From an uncultured virus (IMG/VR IMGVR_UViG_3300044627_003100) (lineage: Duplodnaviria > Heunggongvirae > Uroviricota > Caudoviricetes), in the IMG/VR virus record IMGVR_UViG_3300044627_003100: a stretch of 64,000 nt of DNA; one strand, given 5' to 3'. The notes beneath the pieces are model-generated. The model worked only from the letters and a program-made list of their open reading frames with translations, made no database searches and was not told where the DNA came from. Shown here one piece after another: positions 28,994 to 38,886 of this stretch (its first letter is position 1; every line of letters starts with the position of its first letter). A program made the translations under genes and the position numbers.

Positions 28994-30151
28994 ATGATAA
29001 CTACTATTTCTGAAAATAACATGAACACTTTTAATGAGTTTTTATCAAGACCTGATGATATCAAAAAAAATATTTATTATCATAAAGATATTAAAGGTCA
29101 AATGGCTTTTGTAAAGGACATTATCAAACACGATGATGGAACAATACATTATCGTGATATTTCTTATAATATTAATCGTGGTAAACATGGTAAGTATTAT
29201 AAAAAACAATATAGAGTTAATGGTTTTACTGTTGATAAATCAGGTAGGATGAAAATGTGGTTTAATCATAACATATCTTCAATTGCACATGATATTAAAA
29301 CTATAATTAAAGTTTTAAATATTGATTGGTTAGAACAATTAGATAATGAATTAACTAATGAAAATAAACCATACTCAATTTTAATAAGTTATTTAGTGCC
29401 TAGTATTTTGGGTAAAGTTATAGTTGGTAAAATTACTAACCAAGAAATGTTATTAAAAAAAATATTGAGTATGTATGGATATAAAGATGCATCTCATAAG
29501 TTTTTTAAAGAAGCTCTTAAAAATAATTTATATAAACATGAATTTTTATCATTTGGTAGTGTAGCCAAAAATATAAATCATTTTTTTTTGTCTAAAGCTT
29601 GGACTAAACAAGACCTACATATATCTGATATGTATACTCAATGTATAACATTAGATCAAAAAATTGACTACAGATGGAGTGATTCTAGAATGAATTTAGA
29701 ACATAAGAGAATGACTGATGAATTAATGTCTTATGAATTAGATTCTCTTAACACTACTGATGTTGAACATGCATTGCCGTTTAAACAACTTGAAACTGAT
29801 AATATTAAGTTATTAGCTTCTGAATTAGATGTTTTTAAAGAAGGTAAACAAATGAAACATTGTGTATACACTAATTATGTTAAAAAAATGATGAGTGGTG
29901 AATGTTTATTGTTTCATTTTAGTAATTCTAATAGTGAAAACAGATATGTTTCTAAACATGGAGCCACTTTATCAGTTAATATAATTGGTAATAAAGCAGT
30001 TTCGGGTCAATTTTTATCTATTAGAAATGAAAGATTTGATACAGAAAAAGAATTTCCTTATTTGAATGATTTTATAGAAGAAGTAAACCAAATTTTAAAA
30101 TCTTTAACTATTAAAAATGAAAAAAACATTTTACATTACGAGTCCTTTTGA
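28994..30151 (+). CDS. PcfJ-like protein
   Basis: EGKQMKHCVYTNY motif. Confidence 0.7.
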   Translation: MITTISENNMNTFNEFLSRPDDIKKNIYYHKDIKGQMAFVKDIIKHDDGTIHYRDISYNINRGKHGKYYKKQYRVNGFTVDKSGRMKMWFNHNISSIAHDIKTIIKVLNIDWLEQLDNELTNENKPYSILISYLVPSILGKVIVGKITNQEMLLKKILSMYGYKDASHKFFKEALKNNLYKHEFLSFGSVAKNINHFFLSKAWTKQDLHISDMYTQCITLDQKIDYRWSDSRMNLEHKRMTDELMSYELDSLNTTDVEHALPFKQLETDNIKLLASELDVFKEGKQMKHCVYTNYVKKMMSGECLLFHFSNSNSENRYVSKHGATLSVNIIGNKAVSGQFLSIRNERFDTEKEFPYLNDFIEEVNQILKSLTIKNEKNILHYESF

Positions 30152-30554
30152 TAAAAAAGTATCAGAAGTGTTAATTAACAAAAGTAAGTATTCTAATGAT
30201 AGAACTTGTTTAGAACTTATTGATGTTGAAGATGGTATTCCTTATGCTGTTGCTTCTGTAAATCTTCCTGATGTTCTTTTGGAAGAAAATGAAATACTTA
30301 TTAAAGATTGCAGTGAAAATCAAGGTGTATTAGATTTTCTTGTAAAGAACAACATTGTTAAACGCACTGAAAAAAGTGTGGAATCAGGTTTTGTATGGAT
30401 ACCAGTGTGTATTCTTAATGATGAATCTGTATGGGGAAATAAAGAAATTAATGTTCAACCAGTCAAAGTCAAGTATGAAATTGACGGATATAAAATTTGG
30501 GCCACTTCTTATGAAGAAGCTCTAAAAATACTTCCTCTAATTCAATCATTATAA
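30117..30554 (+). CDS. Hypothetical protein (DUF4313-like)
   Basis: GIPYAVASVNL...IKDCSENQG...SGFVWIPVC. Confidence 0.55.
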   Translation: MKKTFYITSPFDKKVSEVLINKSKYSNDRTCLELIDVEDGIPYAVASVNLPDVLLEENEILIKDCSENQGVLDFLVKNNIVKRTEKSVESGFVWIPVCILNDESVWGNKEINVQPVKVKYEIDGYKIWATSYEEALKILPLIQSL

Positions 30555-30569
30555 TAAATTGATAAACCT

Positions 30570-31172
30570 ATGGCTAGATTTAATCAACATTATTCTGAAA
30601 AGAAACATAAAACTAGACAGTATGTCTTCGATCAAATTTCAACATTGAATAAACGCAAAATACGTATTTTAAGTCTACCAGCAAATAATTTCATTTTTGA
30701 AAAAATGGTGCTTGAAAAATATCCTGATGCTATTATTGATTGTATGGAAATAAATCAATCACTTTTTGTAGAAGTGAAAAATGATGTTCCTTGTAAGATT
30801 AATTATGAATTTGGTGACATTTTTGATAAGCTACAAGCTAATCCTAATACATATGATGTTGTTTGGTTAGATCTTTGTGGTAATCTATCTGTATCAAATT
30901 TAAACAATCTTATATCCGCTGCACAAACTACTATAAAGAAAAAATCTATTTTTGCATTCACTCTATCTTCAAGTCGTGAGCAAAAAAGTAAAGTTTTTAC
31001 TGAATTGTACAATTGTGCAAACATGGACAATTTTAGATATAAAGTGTTTCCTAAAATGCTTACTAAAATGACTAAAATTGTTCATCCAAATTTCACCCTT
31101 CAAAAAATTCTGAAATACAGAAATAAAGGGTCTCGAGTTCCAATGTCTCTTTATTTATTTACTAACTCATAA
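30570..31172 (+). CDS. SAM-dependent methyltransferase-like fold protein
   Basis: IDCMEIN, GDIFD, YDVVWLDLCG. Confidence 0.55.
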   Translation: MARFNQHYSEKKHKTRQYVFDQISTLNKRKIRILSLPANNFIFEKMVLEKYPDAIIDCMEINQSLFVEVKNDVPCKINYEFGDIFDKLQANPNTYDVVWLDLCGNLSVSNLNNLISAAQTTIKKKSIFAFTLSSSREQKSKVFTELYNCANMDNFRYKVFPKMLTKMTKIVHPNFTLQKILKYRNKGSRVPMSLYLFTNS

Positions 31173-31181
31173 AAATTAATT

Positions 31182-31571
31182 ATGAAAACTATTGCAAACA
31201 GACGTTTTACTAATCAAGAATTAAAAAGTTTTATAATTGATGTTAATTCTGAAAAATTAAATCAAAAAGAATTAATGTCTAAGTATAATCTTAGAACAGT
31301 AGAAGCGTTAAAACAAAGAATTAAAAGACTTAAAGCTGATGGTCTTGTTACAATAACACCAGCAAAAGATGAGCTATCTGCTAGTAGACTTAAAGCATGG
31401 GTAACAAGAAGAAAAAACATGGCTACTAAAAATGAAACTACATCAAGTAGTCAACCATTAAAAGTTGAATACAGAACTGTCTTTTTTAAAGATTTTACTA
31501 TTCAGATTCACAAAAAGTCAATGGCTAAGCTTGTTATTGATCAAAATAACAACATACATCTAAATAGTTAA
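31182..31571 (+). CDS. Putative HTH DNA-binding protein
   Basis: Basic 129 aa; LKAWVTRRKN. Confidence 0.5.
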   Translation: MKTIANRRFTNQELKSFIIDVNSEKLNQKELMSKYNLRTVEALKQRIKRLKADGLVTITPAKDELSASRLKAWVTRRKNMATKNETTSSSQPLKVEYRTVFFKDFTIQIHKKSMAKLVIDQNNNIHLNS

Positions 31572-31882
31572 ACTCGGTGAGGCTAGCATTAACTAGCGTG
31601 GACACTGCTCATGTTCCAAACCTTGGTATCAAGTCTGATCAACTAATGAGATGCTGCAGGAGGAAAAAGCTGATGATGTATTTCATCTTACTTAAATGTT
31701 AAGCAACACTTGCCGTAATTGGGGTGACGAAACTTTTATTTATAAATATATATACGTACAAAATAAGTAGTTATATAACACTGAACCTATCCAGTTTAAC
31801 TGTTTAGATGTAAGAAACCCACACACAACTGGTACGTTAAGCCAGCTTTTTTTTATTTCCTAATCAAATAAATTAATTAAAA

Positions 31883-32503
31883 ATGGAAACTAAATTTATT
31901 TTCAATCATGAAATTACAGCTTTCACTGATGCTATTGGTATTAATGATGATACTAGAATTAAAGCAAGAGAAAAAATATTTTTTTGTGCTTTTTCAAGTG
32001 CTCTTCAAAGATATGACTTATATGGAGAAGATGACGAAAAAGGAATTTGTCCTAGAGAACTAAAAACCTTAACAGGTGATCTAGAAAGAGTAGTAAAATT
32101 AGCTACTAATGAATTAGAACTCTATTCTATGTTAATCTTTTTCAGACAATATGAAGAATTAGCGATTAAGTCTTTTGCTCATTACAAAGTGGAAAAAGAT
32201 TTAAAAAATGATGAAGATGTTGTTAAACTTAAAATATTAGAGTTGATTGAACATGTTCAAAAATTGAAACAAAAAGAAGAAGACAAAGAAGAAAATGATG
32301 AAGAAGACATTGAAATGATTGATAAAATGAGTAAAGAAACAATGTTTAAACGCATTGAGCTTGTTAAGAAATCAAACTATAATGTAGATAGTTATCTTAA
32401 ACTACTCTATAAATGGAGTAATCATCCTTTTGATGACAGTTCTGATAAAGAAATTACGCAACTTTTAAACAATATTGTGAATCAATCTGATGATTCACAA
32501 TAA
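31883..32503 (+). CDS. Hypothetical protein
   Basis: 206-aa ORF. Confidence 0.65.
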   Translation: METKFIFNHEITAFTDAIGINDDTRIKAREKIFFCAFSSALQRYDLYGEDDEKGICPRELKTLTGDLERVVKLATNELELYSMLIFFRQYEELAIKSFAHYKVEKDLKNDEDVVKLKILELIEHVQKLKQKEEDKEENDEEDIEMIDKMSKETMFKRIELVKKSNYNVDSYLKLLYKWSNHPFDDSSDKEITQLLNNIVNQSDDSQ

Positions 32504-32516
32504 ATAAACTAGTATT

Positions 32517-32801
32517 ATGTCTAATCCACGTTTAAAAAAAGGTGGTTTTGGATTTTGTACATGTATTGTAATGAGAGATCCAAACATATGTATACGAGAT
32601 AAAGCAATGTATGCTTACTTATGTACATTTGCAGATAGCGAGAATAATCAGTTAGTAGTTAGTGTGAACACTATTGCTTCTGAATTGAGTATTGCACCTG
32701 TTACAGTAACAAGATCTTTAAAATCATTGGAAAAACAAATGATTATTTCTAGAATTAACAGAGGTAATCGTAAAACAAAGTTGACAATAATAATTAAATA
32801 A
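32517..32801 (+). CDS. Winged-HTH protein
   Basis: DKAMYAYLCTFA...SVNTIASELSIAPVTVTRSLKSL. Confidence 0.75.
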   Translation: MSNPRLKKGGFGFCTCIVMRDPNICIRDKAMYAYLCTFADSENNQLVVSVNTIASELSIAPVTVTRSLKSLEKQMIISRINRGNRKTKLTIIIK

Positions 32802-32817
32802 TCTAAATTACCAAAAA

Positions 32818-34263
32818 ATGAGTAACAAAACCTTACAAGATCGTGTAAATAAATTCATGATTGATGAAGTTAAAGACGAACAAATTTACTTGATGGACAA
32901 AAATAATTTCTCTCCTGACAGAAAAGATGGTACAGAAACCATTTCAATGGAAAACTTGCATAAAGTGGTTATTCCAACTTCAATGAATAAATTGCAAGCT
33001 TCTTATAATTTGTTAAAACAGTTTGAAGAAGAAGAAACAACTCGTGTTTATAAACGTCATTATAAGCATTTTTTCATGAATGATTTTATGGTGGCAATGA
33101 ATGCCATGATAAAAAAGTATTTTGGTATGATTCACGTAAGCCGTCGTGATACAAGTGGTGATGCAGCAGTAAATGATTATATACAAATACCTATTTGTTA
33201 TGGTGCAGATGGTGAATTACAAACTCAACAAGGATATGTTGGTTCTGTATTAGCACCATGTTGGGAAGATGCTATTTTGGATATTTATCCAAATGGAACT
33301 ATTAATGTAAAAGTTAAACTTAAGTATGAGAAAGAAGTCAATTCTTTCTTGGAAGAAGTTGAAAAATACATTATTCAAAACTCAGTTGTTAAATCTTGTG
33401 CTGTTACAATTAGTGAAGTGAGAGGTGGTTTATTAGCTAATCCAATCAATCCTAAAGAAAACAAGAAAATTGTTTTAAGTAATGAGGTTGAACGCATCAT
33501 TGGTAATCTTATCATTCCTTCATTAGCTGATAAAACTAAAACATCTTTGTTATTCACTGGTGATTTTGGCACAGGAAAAACAGAAACAGCTATTCGTATT
33601 GGTATAGCAGGTAAACAATTATACGGCCGTACTTTCTTCTATCTTCATAATGCTGATTTATTTGACAGTCTTATTCCTTACTTAAAGAATTACCAACCTT
33701 GTATGGTATTTGTAGAAGACGTAGATCAAATATCAGCTGGTGATCGTGATAGCCGTATGAATGATCTTTTAAATCAATTAGATGGTAATGAACTTAAAAA
33801 TGTAAACTGTACATTTATTTTCACTACTAATAATCATAAAAAGATCAATCCAGCTATGCGTCGTCCAGGACGTATTGATCAAGTGGTACACTTTGACTAC
33901 TGTGATGATGTAATGATTAGTAAAATCTTTCAATTACATGTTGAAGGTATGCGTGGTTTTGAAAATGTAGATTTTTCTGCAGCTGCAGTTGCTGCTCCTA
34001 AAAATTTACAAGGTGCTGTAGTTGCTGAAATTGGTCGTCGTGCAAGAAAATATGCAGAAAAGCTTCATGGTGGAATTATTTCTACTGATGTATTCTTGGA
34101 TTCTATTGCTTCTATGAGGCATCATATAGAATTTATGCGTGAAGATCAAGTGAAAGACAATACAGTGGATACATTACTTAGTAATGTCATGTATAAATCA
34201 ATAGGTAGAGCTTTTCCTGGTCTTAAAGAAGGCTATGGAACACAAGAATTTACTACCAATTAA
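32818..34263 (+). CDS. AAA+ ATPase (classical AAA clade)
   Basis: GDFGTGKT; VFVEDVD; LLNQLDG; TTNN...AMRRPGRID. Confidence 0.88.
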   Translation: MSNKTLQDRVNKFMIDEVKDEQIYLMDKNNFSPDRKDGTETISMENLHKVVIPTSMNKLQASYNLLKQFEEEETTRVYKRHYKHFFMNDFMVAMNAMIKKYFGMIHVSRRDTSGDAAVNDYIQIPICYGADGELQTQQGYVGSVLAPCWEDAILDIYPNGTINVKVKLKYEKEVNSFLEEVEKYIIQNSVVKSCAVTISEVRGGLLANPINPKENKKIVLSNEVERIIGNLIIPSLADKTKTSLLFTGDFGTGKTETAIRIGIAGKQLYGRTFFYLHNADLFDSLIPYLKNYQPCMVFVEDVDQISAGDRDSRMNDLLNQLDGNELKNVNCTFIFTTNNHKKINPAMRRPGRIDQVVHFDYCDDVMISKIFQLHVEGMRGFENVDFSAAAVAAPKNLQGAVVAEIGRRARKYAEKLHGGIISTDVFLDSIASMRHHIEFMREDQVKDNTVDTLLSNVMYKSIGRAFPGLKEGYGTQEFTTN

Positions 34264-34322
34264 ACTACAAAAATGGGAGAATTATATTAATTCTCCCATT
34301 ACTTTTAATCTATTACACTTTT

Positions 34323-34490
34323 ATGTTAAACAAAATCTTTTTTACTGTATTATTTTTTGCTGTAGGATTCTTTACTACAGTATGGACATTTAATCATGTT
34401 AATCCTTGGTTAGCTTGGGCTATTTTTATAGGATTGACATATTATGCATCAACAAAAATTTTTAAAAACAACAAAAAACAAAATAAATGA
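34323..34490 (+). CDS. Small membrane protein, not in ORF track
   Basis: MLNKIFFTVLFFAVGFFTTVWTFNHVNPWLAWAIFIGL...; ATGA overlap with next gene. Confidence 0.6.
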   Translation: MLNKIFFTVLFFAVGFFTTVWTFNHVNPWLAWAIFIGLTYYASTKIFKNNKKQNK

Positions 34491-35293
34491 AAAAATTAAT
34501 TTTAGTTTTAGCTATTGCAGCTTTTGCTTTTACATCATGTGAAAGAGTAGCACCTAATTGGTATGGTGTTTTAATGGAGAATTATGGTAAATCTGGTAAG
34601 AGTGATTACTCACGCCAACAAGGTAGAGTTCCAACCTGGAGTCCAGGAACAGAATTGTTTCAAGTTCCTGCATGGGAACAAAGAGGTGCTTTTCAAAATG
34701 ATGATGGCACAGACAAGCTGTTAAAACTTAAAGCTTCTGATAACACAGAATTTACTTCTAAACCTGTATATTAATATAAAGCTATTGAAACTAAAGTTGT
34801 TGATCTTGTTTTTCAAAATTCTAGACTTGGATCCGGTGATGGCTTTATGAGAGCATTAGAAGACAATGTATTAGAACCTCGTATTTATGATATTATTAAA
34901 AAAGAAAGCAGAAAATACACTACAGACACTTTAATGGCTCAAGGTGGTTCTTTACTATTTGAACAACGAGTTCAAGAAATAGTTAAAAAATCTTTTGAAC
35001 TTGCTGGTTTGGAACTTATATCTTTTAGTTCTAATTTAGACTTTTCTGAAAAGGTAAAGACTAAAATTGACACTCGTAATGAAGTTAATACTAATATTTC
35101 TGTAATTGATCAACAAATTACTGAACAAAGAAAAAAGAATGAATTAGCTGAATTACAAGCTCAAGAAGATATTATACGCTCTAGAGGTATAACTCCACAA
35201 ATTTTAGAACAAAAAGCCATTGATAAATGGAATGGTGTATTACCTGGAACATGGTCAGGTAGTGGGTTACCTTTTGTCAAAGTGATTAAATAA
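34487..35293 (+). pseudogene. SPFH/band-7 (prohibitin-like) lipoprotein interrupted by one in-frame TAA (34772-34774)
   Basis: Lipobox FTSC; the two ORF-track pieces are in the same frame; C-terminal AIDKWNGVLP. Confidence 0.75.
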
Positions 35294-35424
35294 TTTATAA
35301 TGCAGCGGGGCTTTATGCTATTATCACGTATTAGGTATGAAAAAGTCCTTGCTTTAGGAACACCTCATATGCTAGTGTTGGATAAAAGGTAAAGCCCCCG
35401 CTGTATTTTTAAAACATTTTTACA

Positions 35425-36465
35425 ATGAAAGACTATTTAATTATTAACAGAGCAAAATGGAGAACAGGAGGAATTTACAATAGTAAAAACGAAACAGGAA
35501 TTGGAGGTACGTTTCTTTTAAACTCTGAGGGTTTTATGTGCTGTCTTGGATTTAGGTGCCATCAAATGGGTATTTCTAAGAAAGATTTACTAAACAAACA
35601 AACTCCTGGTAGTATAGCTGCTGATTGGGATATACCAGATTTACTTGCTTCTCCAGGTTATAATTCAGCATTTACAGCTAAAGCTGTAAGAATAAATGAT
35701 GATAGTGTTATTACATCAGAAGAAAGGGAAATAGCCATTACAAAGCATTTTGCCACTATTGGTGTAACAGTGGAGTTTAAAGGTAAATACGTAAAGCCAT
35801 GATAACAATACATTTATATTTAATACCTCTAATAGTCACTCTTCTTCTTGGAATATTAAGTAGTGTAATTGAAGAGGGTGAAATGGGACCAATTGGACTG
35901 TTAACTGGTATATGTTGTTTTTTATCTGTAATATTTTATTGTATTTTGGGAATAATATGGCTATTTGCTCATGTAAGAATTACTTATTAAATAAAAACAC
36001 ATATTATGATTTATTTTATTATTATTTACATTGTTTCTTGTTTGTTGTCTTATGTTGTAATTAGATGGACATATAATAAATTATGGACAAATATTAATCC
36101 AAATGAAAAAGATGTATTTTTAGTTATATTTCCTATACTTAATACATTTACTTTTATAATGATGTATATGTTTACATCTATTGAGTTATATAGTCAAAAT
36201 AAAAAACCATTTACTACTAATAAATTCTTTAACATTAAAAAGAGATAAAATTATGAAATTAGAAGACTTACCTAAAGAAAATGGTTGGTATTGGGTTTTA
36301 ATTTATGGTTATAAAACTCCTACTCCTTGTTTTTATTCTTATGATAAACAAGAACCTAAATGTAGTTATTTTTTACCTGGGGGTGTGGGAGATTCTTCCT
36401 CTGCAGGATTATTTATTGAAGATATAGAAAAAGTAAGTAGTAAAATTACTGTACCTAACTTTTAA
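35425..36465 (+). CDS. Four small hypothetical genes (35425-35802, 35799-35990, 36006-36248, 36253-36465); two membrane-like
   Basis: Tightly packed ATG-start ORFs. Confidence 0.55.
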
Positions 36466-36476
36466 AAACACACATT

Positions 36477-37298
36477 ATGACTGTAGATGAATTTCCAATA
36501 GAAATAAGACATCTTATGATGTATAGACAGCAACAGAAATATGGTAAGAAAGATTGGAGCGTATTTCAAGGATGTAAAACTGCTGGTTTTAGATGGTCTG
36601 ATACACCTGAAGAACATGATTTCTGGGCTGTTGTTATTCATAAAAAAGAGTTTGATGTTTTCTATGATAAATATCCAAAGGTGAATTATCCAAAAGATAT
36701 GCCTGAAGAAATCATTATGTTAGCTCTTGATAGAAGAGTGGAACAAGAATGGCCAAAACGCTATATTCTAGGATTTCTATGGACTAACACACCAGAGAAG
36801 GGTGAGTTTTGGTACGATATAAATCATGGTATATATAAAGTTTATTATGAAAAATATGGTGCTAAACCTTCTCTTTCATATCAAGGAGAAATAGCTGATT
36901 TTCCTCCTGAAATAGTAGAAATGATGCTTCAAAGACAGTTTGAACAAACAGGTGAGCGTGATATATCTGTGTTTGTAGCTGAAAGAGATGCTTGTCTCTC
37001 TGATGGTGGATTTAGTTGGGGATCAACACCAGAAAAACATTATTTCTGGGATGTTGTTATTAGTGATAAAAAGTTTGACGTATTCTTTCAAAAATATCCT
37101 AAAGAGTTTAATTCACATATAAAAACAAAACAAAATGAAAAAGGAAACACAACTAGTAGCACAGCAATTAAAATACAGAGACCTGTTGCAACAATCACAG
37201 AAGGAGAAAGACGAACAGCAAGTGGAGTTTCAGGTAGAAGAAGCTCAACAGCAATTGCAAGCAGACGTATTGGCTACAAAACGGTCATTGGCCTCTAG
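36477..37298 (+). CDS. Three-repeat hypothetical protein
   Basis: Repeats of FP.EI..MM...GF.W..TPE...FW..VI..K.FDVF..KYPK. Confidence 0.7.
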   Translation: MTVDEFPIEIRHLMMYRQQQKYGKKDWSVFQGCKTAGFRWSDTPEEHDFWAVVIHKKEFDVFYDKYPKVNYPKDMPEEIIMLALDRRVEQEWPKRYILGFLWTNTPEKGEFWYDINHGIYKVYYEKYGAKPSLSYQGEIADFPPEIVEMMLQRQFEQTGERDISVFVAERDACLSDGGFSWGSTPEKHYFWDVVISDKKFDVFFQKYPKEFNSHIKTKQNEKGNTTSSTAIKIQRPVATITEGERRTASGVSGRRSSTAIASRRIGYKTVIGL

Positions 37299-37431
37299 TA
37301 AACAAGTGTTACAAGCTGCTAAATCTGCAAGACCGTTTGATTCTCAAGCTGTTATAAATGCACAGCTTCAAATTGAAGGATTGGAAGATGGTCTTAACAG
37401 ATTGAATGGTTTGTTAGCAGAATTGTTCTAA
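37135..37431 (+). CDS. Coiled-coil protein
   Basis: Q/A-rich 98 aa; A-rich start context. Confidence 0.7.
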   Translation: MKKETQLVAQQLKYRDLLQQSQKEKDEQQVEFQVEEAQQQLQADVLATKRSLASSKQVLQAAKSARPFDSQAVINAQLQIEGLEDGLNRLNGLLAELF

Positions 37432-37673
37432 AACTTATAAAACAACCAACTGATAAACACTAGACAGTAACAAGGTTTGTAGGAAGCAGTGCAAAGCTGT
37501 CCTGTTACCTCACAGTTCTAAGATGTGAGTGGTTTAGGTTAATGTATATGATAATTACTAAAAAGGCTGGAAGATTTTAGAATTTGCCTTACTCCAGAAC
37601 ACCTAATGGCTAATTATATCCTACTTAGAAGGCAGTTGGTTGTTTTTTAATCTGTTCTTAACTACTTAAAATT

Positions 37674-37931
37674 ATGACTATTAAAGAATTAAAAGAATTA
37701 ATAACAAATCTTCCTAATGAAATGGAAGTAGTTTTACAAAAAGATAGTGAAGGTAACGGATATAGTCCACTTGCTGGTGTTGACTCTGATTCTGTTTATA
37801 TTCCTGATAACACTTATTCAGGTAATGTTTATTCAATGGGATGGACTTCAGATGATGCTTGTATGTCAGAAGATAAATGGAAAGAAATAAAATCAAAACC
37901 AAGGACATTAATTTTGTATCCTGTTAATTAA
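37674..37931 (+). CDS. Hypothetical protein
   Basis: MTIKELKELI...QKDSEGNGYSPL. Confidence 0.7.
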   Translation: MTIKELKELITNLPNEMEVVLQKDSEGNGYSPLAGVDSDSVYIPDNTYSGNVYSMGWTSDDACMSEDKWKEIKSKPRTLILYPVN

Positions 37932-37942
37932 CACTAACAAAT

Positions 37943-38037
37943 AGTCAGGTGGCGGAATTGGTAAGACGCTCGCTTTAAGGTGCGGTTAGTCAACGAAATG
38001 TAAAGCTAACGTGCAAGCTCGAAACTTGTCCTGACTA
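37943..38037 (+). tRNA. Leu-like class II tRNA or pseudo-tRNA with distorted anticodon arm (TAA?)
   Basis: AGTCAGG/CCTGACT plus A73; D arm GCG-GAATTGGTAAGA-CGC; T arm GCAAG-CTCGAAA-CTTGT; long variable arm. Confidence 0.6.
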
Positions 38038-38054
38038 CTTAAAAATTGAAAGTT

Positions 38055-38313
38055 ATGAAAAATAAAAAAGAACTTATTGATTTACTCAAAAAAAAATGGT
38101 GTAAAAATAATTAAAACAGGTAAGAACTACGATTGGGAAGAAATATATTTTGATAATAGCAACTTAACTGTTGAAAAATTACAAACAATAAGTTTGATTG
38201 TTTGTAATTTCTTTTATGTAGAAGATAGATTTACACACAACTTACCAAAGTTTATTGGAAAAGACAATTATGTGTGTTTAATTTTTGATAGAAAATTACT
38301 AACTGAAATCTAA
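38055..38313 (+). pseudogene. Small gene apparently frameshifted at an A9 run (38088-38096)
   Basis: ATG frame MKNKKELIDLLKK joins NGVKIIKTGK... if one A is removed. Confidence 0.5.
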
Positions 38314-38363
38314 AATATCAATACACCTATCCTGACTACTAATTATTAAAAAATAAAACAAAA

Positions 38364-38786
38364 ATGAAAAAGATTTTATTATTAGCACTACTCTTTCCCT
38401 GCTTACTTTATTCACAGAATAAGTATATAAAACCTGTAGTTATATTTGATGTTCCTATAGAAAAAGCTATGATGAATGGTCTTTCTATGCATGTAGGTGC
38501 TTTATTTGGAGATCAAAAATTTGTGCAAATAGGACTACTTATGGGGTATAGACATCATCAAATTGCATATGAGCCTGTTATACAGACATTTACATATTCA
38601 TTTTTATGGAGGGTACCTATCAAAAAGTTCACTGTAATACCAATGTTTAGTTATGCAAATGAAACCTATCAAGACGTAAGTATTAGAATAGGACGTTCTT
38701 TTGATAAACAAAATATGTCTTTTATACATATATTTGCTTCTACACAATTAGGTTATGGTGTTGGCACTACAATTTTATTAAAATAA
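38364..38786 (+). CDS. Secreted/outer-membrane-like protein
   Basis: Bacteroidota-type signal peptide MKKILLLALLFPCLLYSQ; beta-rich. Confidence 0.6.
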   Translation: MKKILLLALLFPCLLYSQNKYIKPVVIFDVPIEKAMMNGLSMHVGALFGDQKFVQIGLLMGYRHHQIAYEPVIQTFTYSFLWRVPIKKFTVIPMFSYANETYQDVSIRIGRSFDKQNMSFIHIFASTQLGYGVGTTILLK

Positions 38787-38886
38787 AAAATATTATGGCA
38801 TTATTCTTCATTGTAATAGCATTCTTTTTCCTAGCATTGGGAATAGATGTAATCAAACAAGTTAATAAATACAAAAACATAGACAA

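Noticed and set aside
28879..28998. Second leader-peptide attenuator before the PcfJ-like gene
   Set aside because: The short ORF runs through the terminator hairpin and no antiterminator is evident.
31675..31775. Hammerhead ribozyme (CTGATGA...CGAAA...GTA)
   Set aside because: Stems I and II cannot be formed convincingly.
35296..35410. Third twister (TAATGCAGC) or SAM-I riboswitch (TTATC/GATAA)
   Set aside because: Lacks the GAGGG and CCCAAG twister elements and the SAM-I core.
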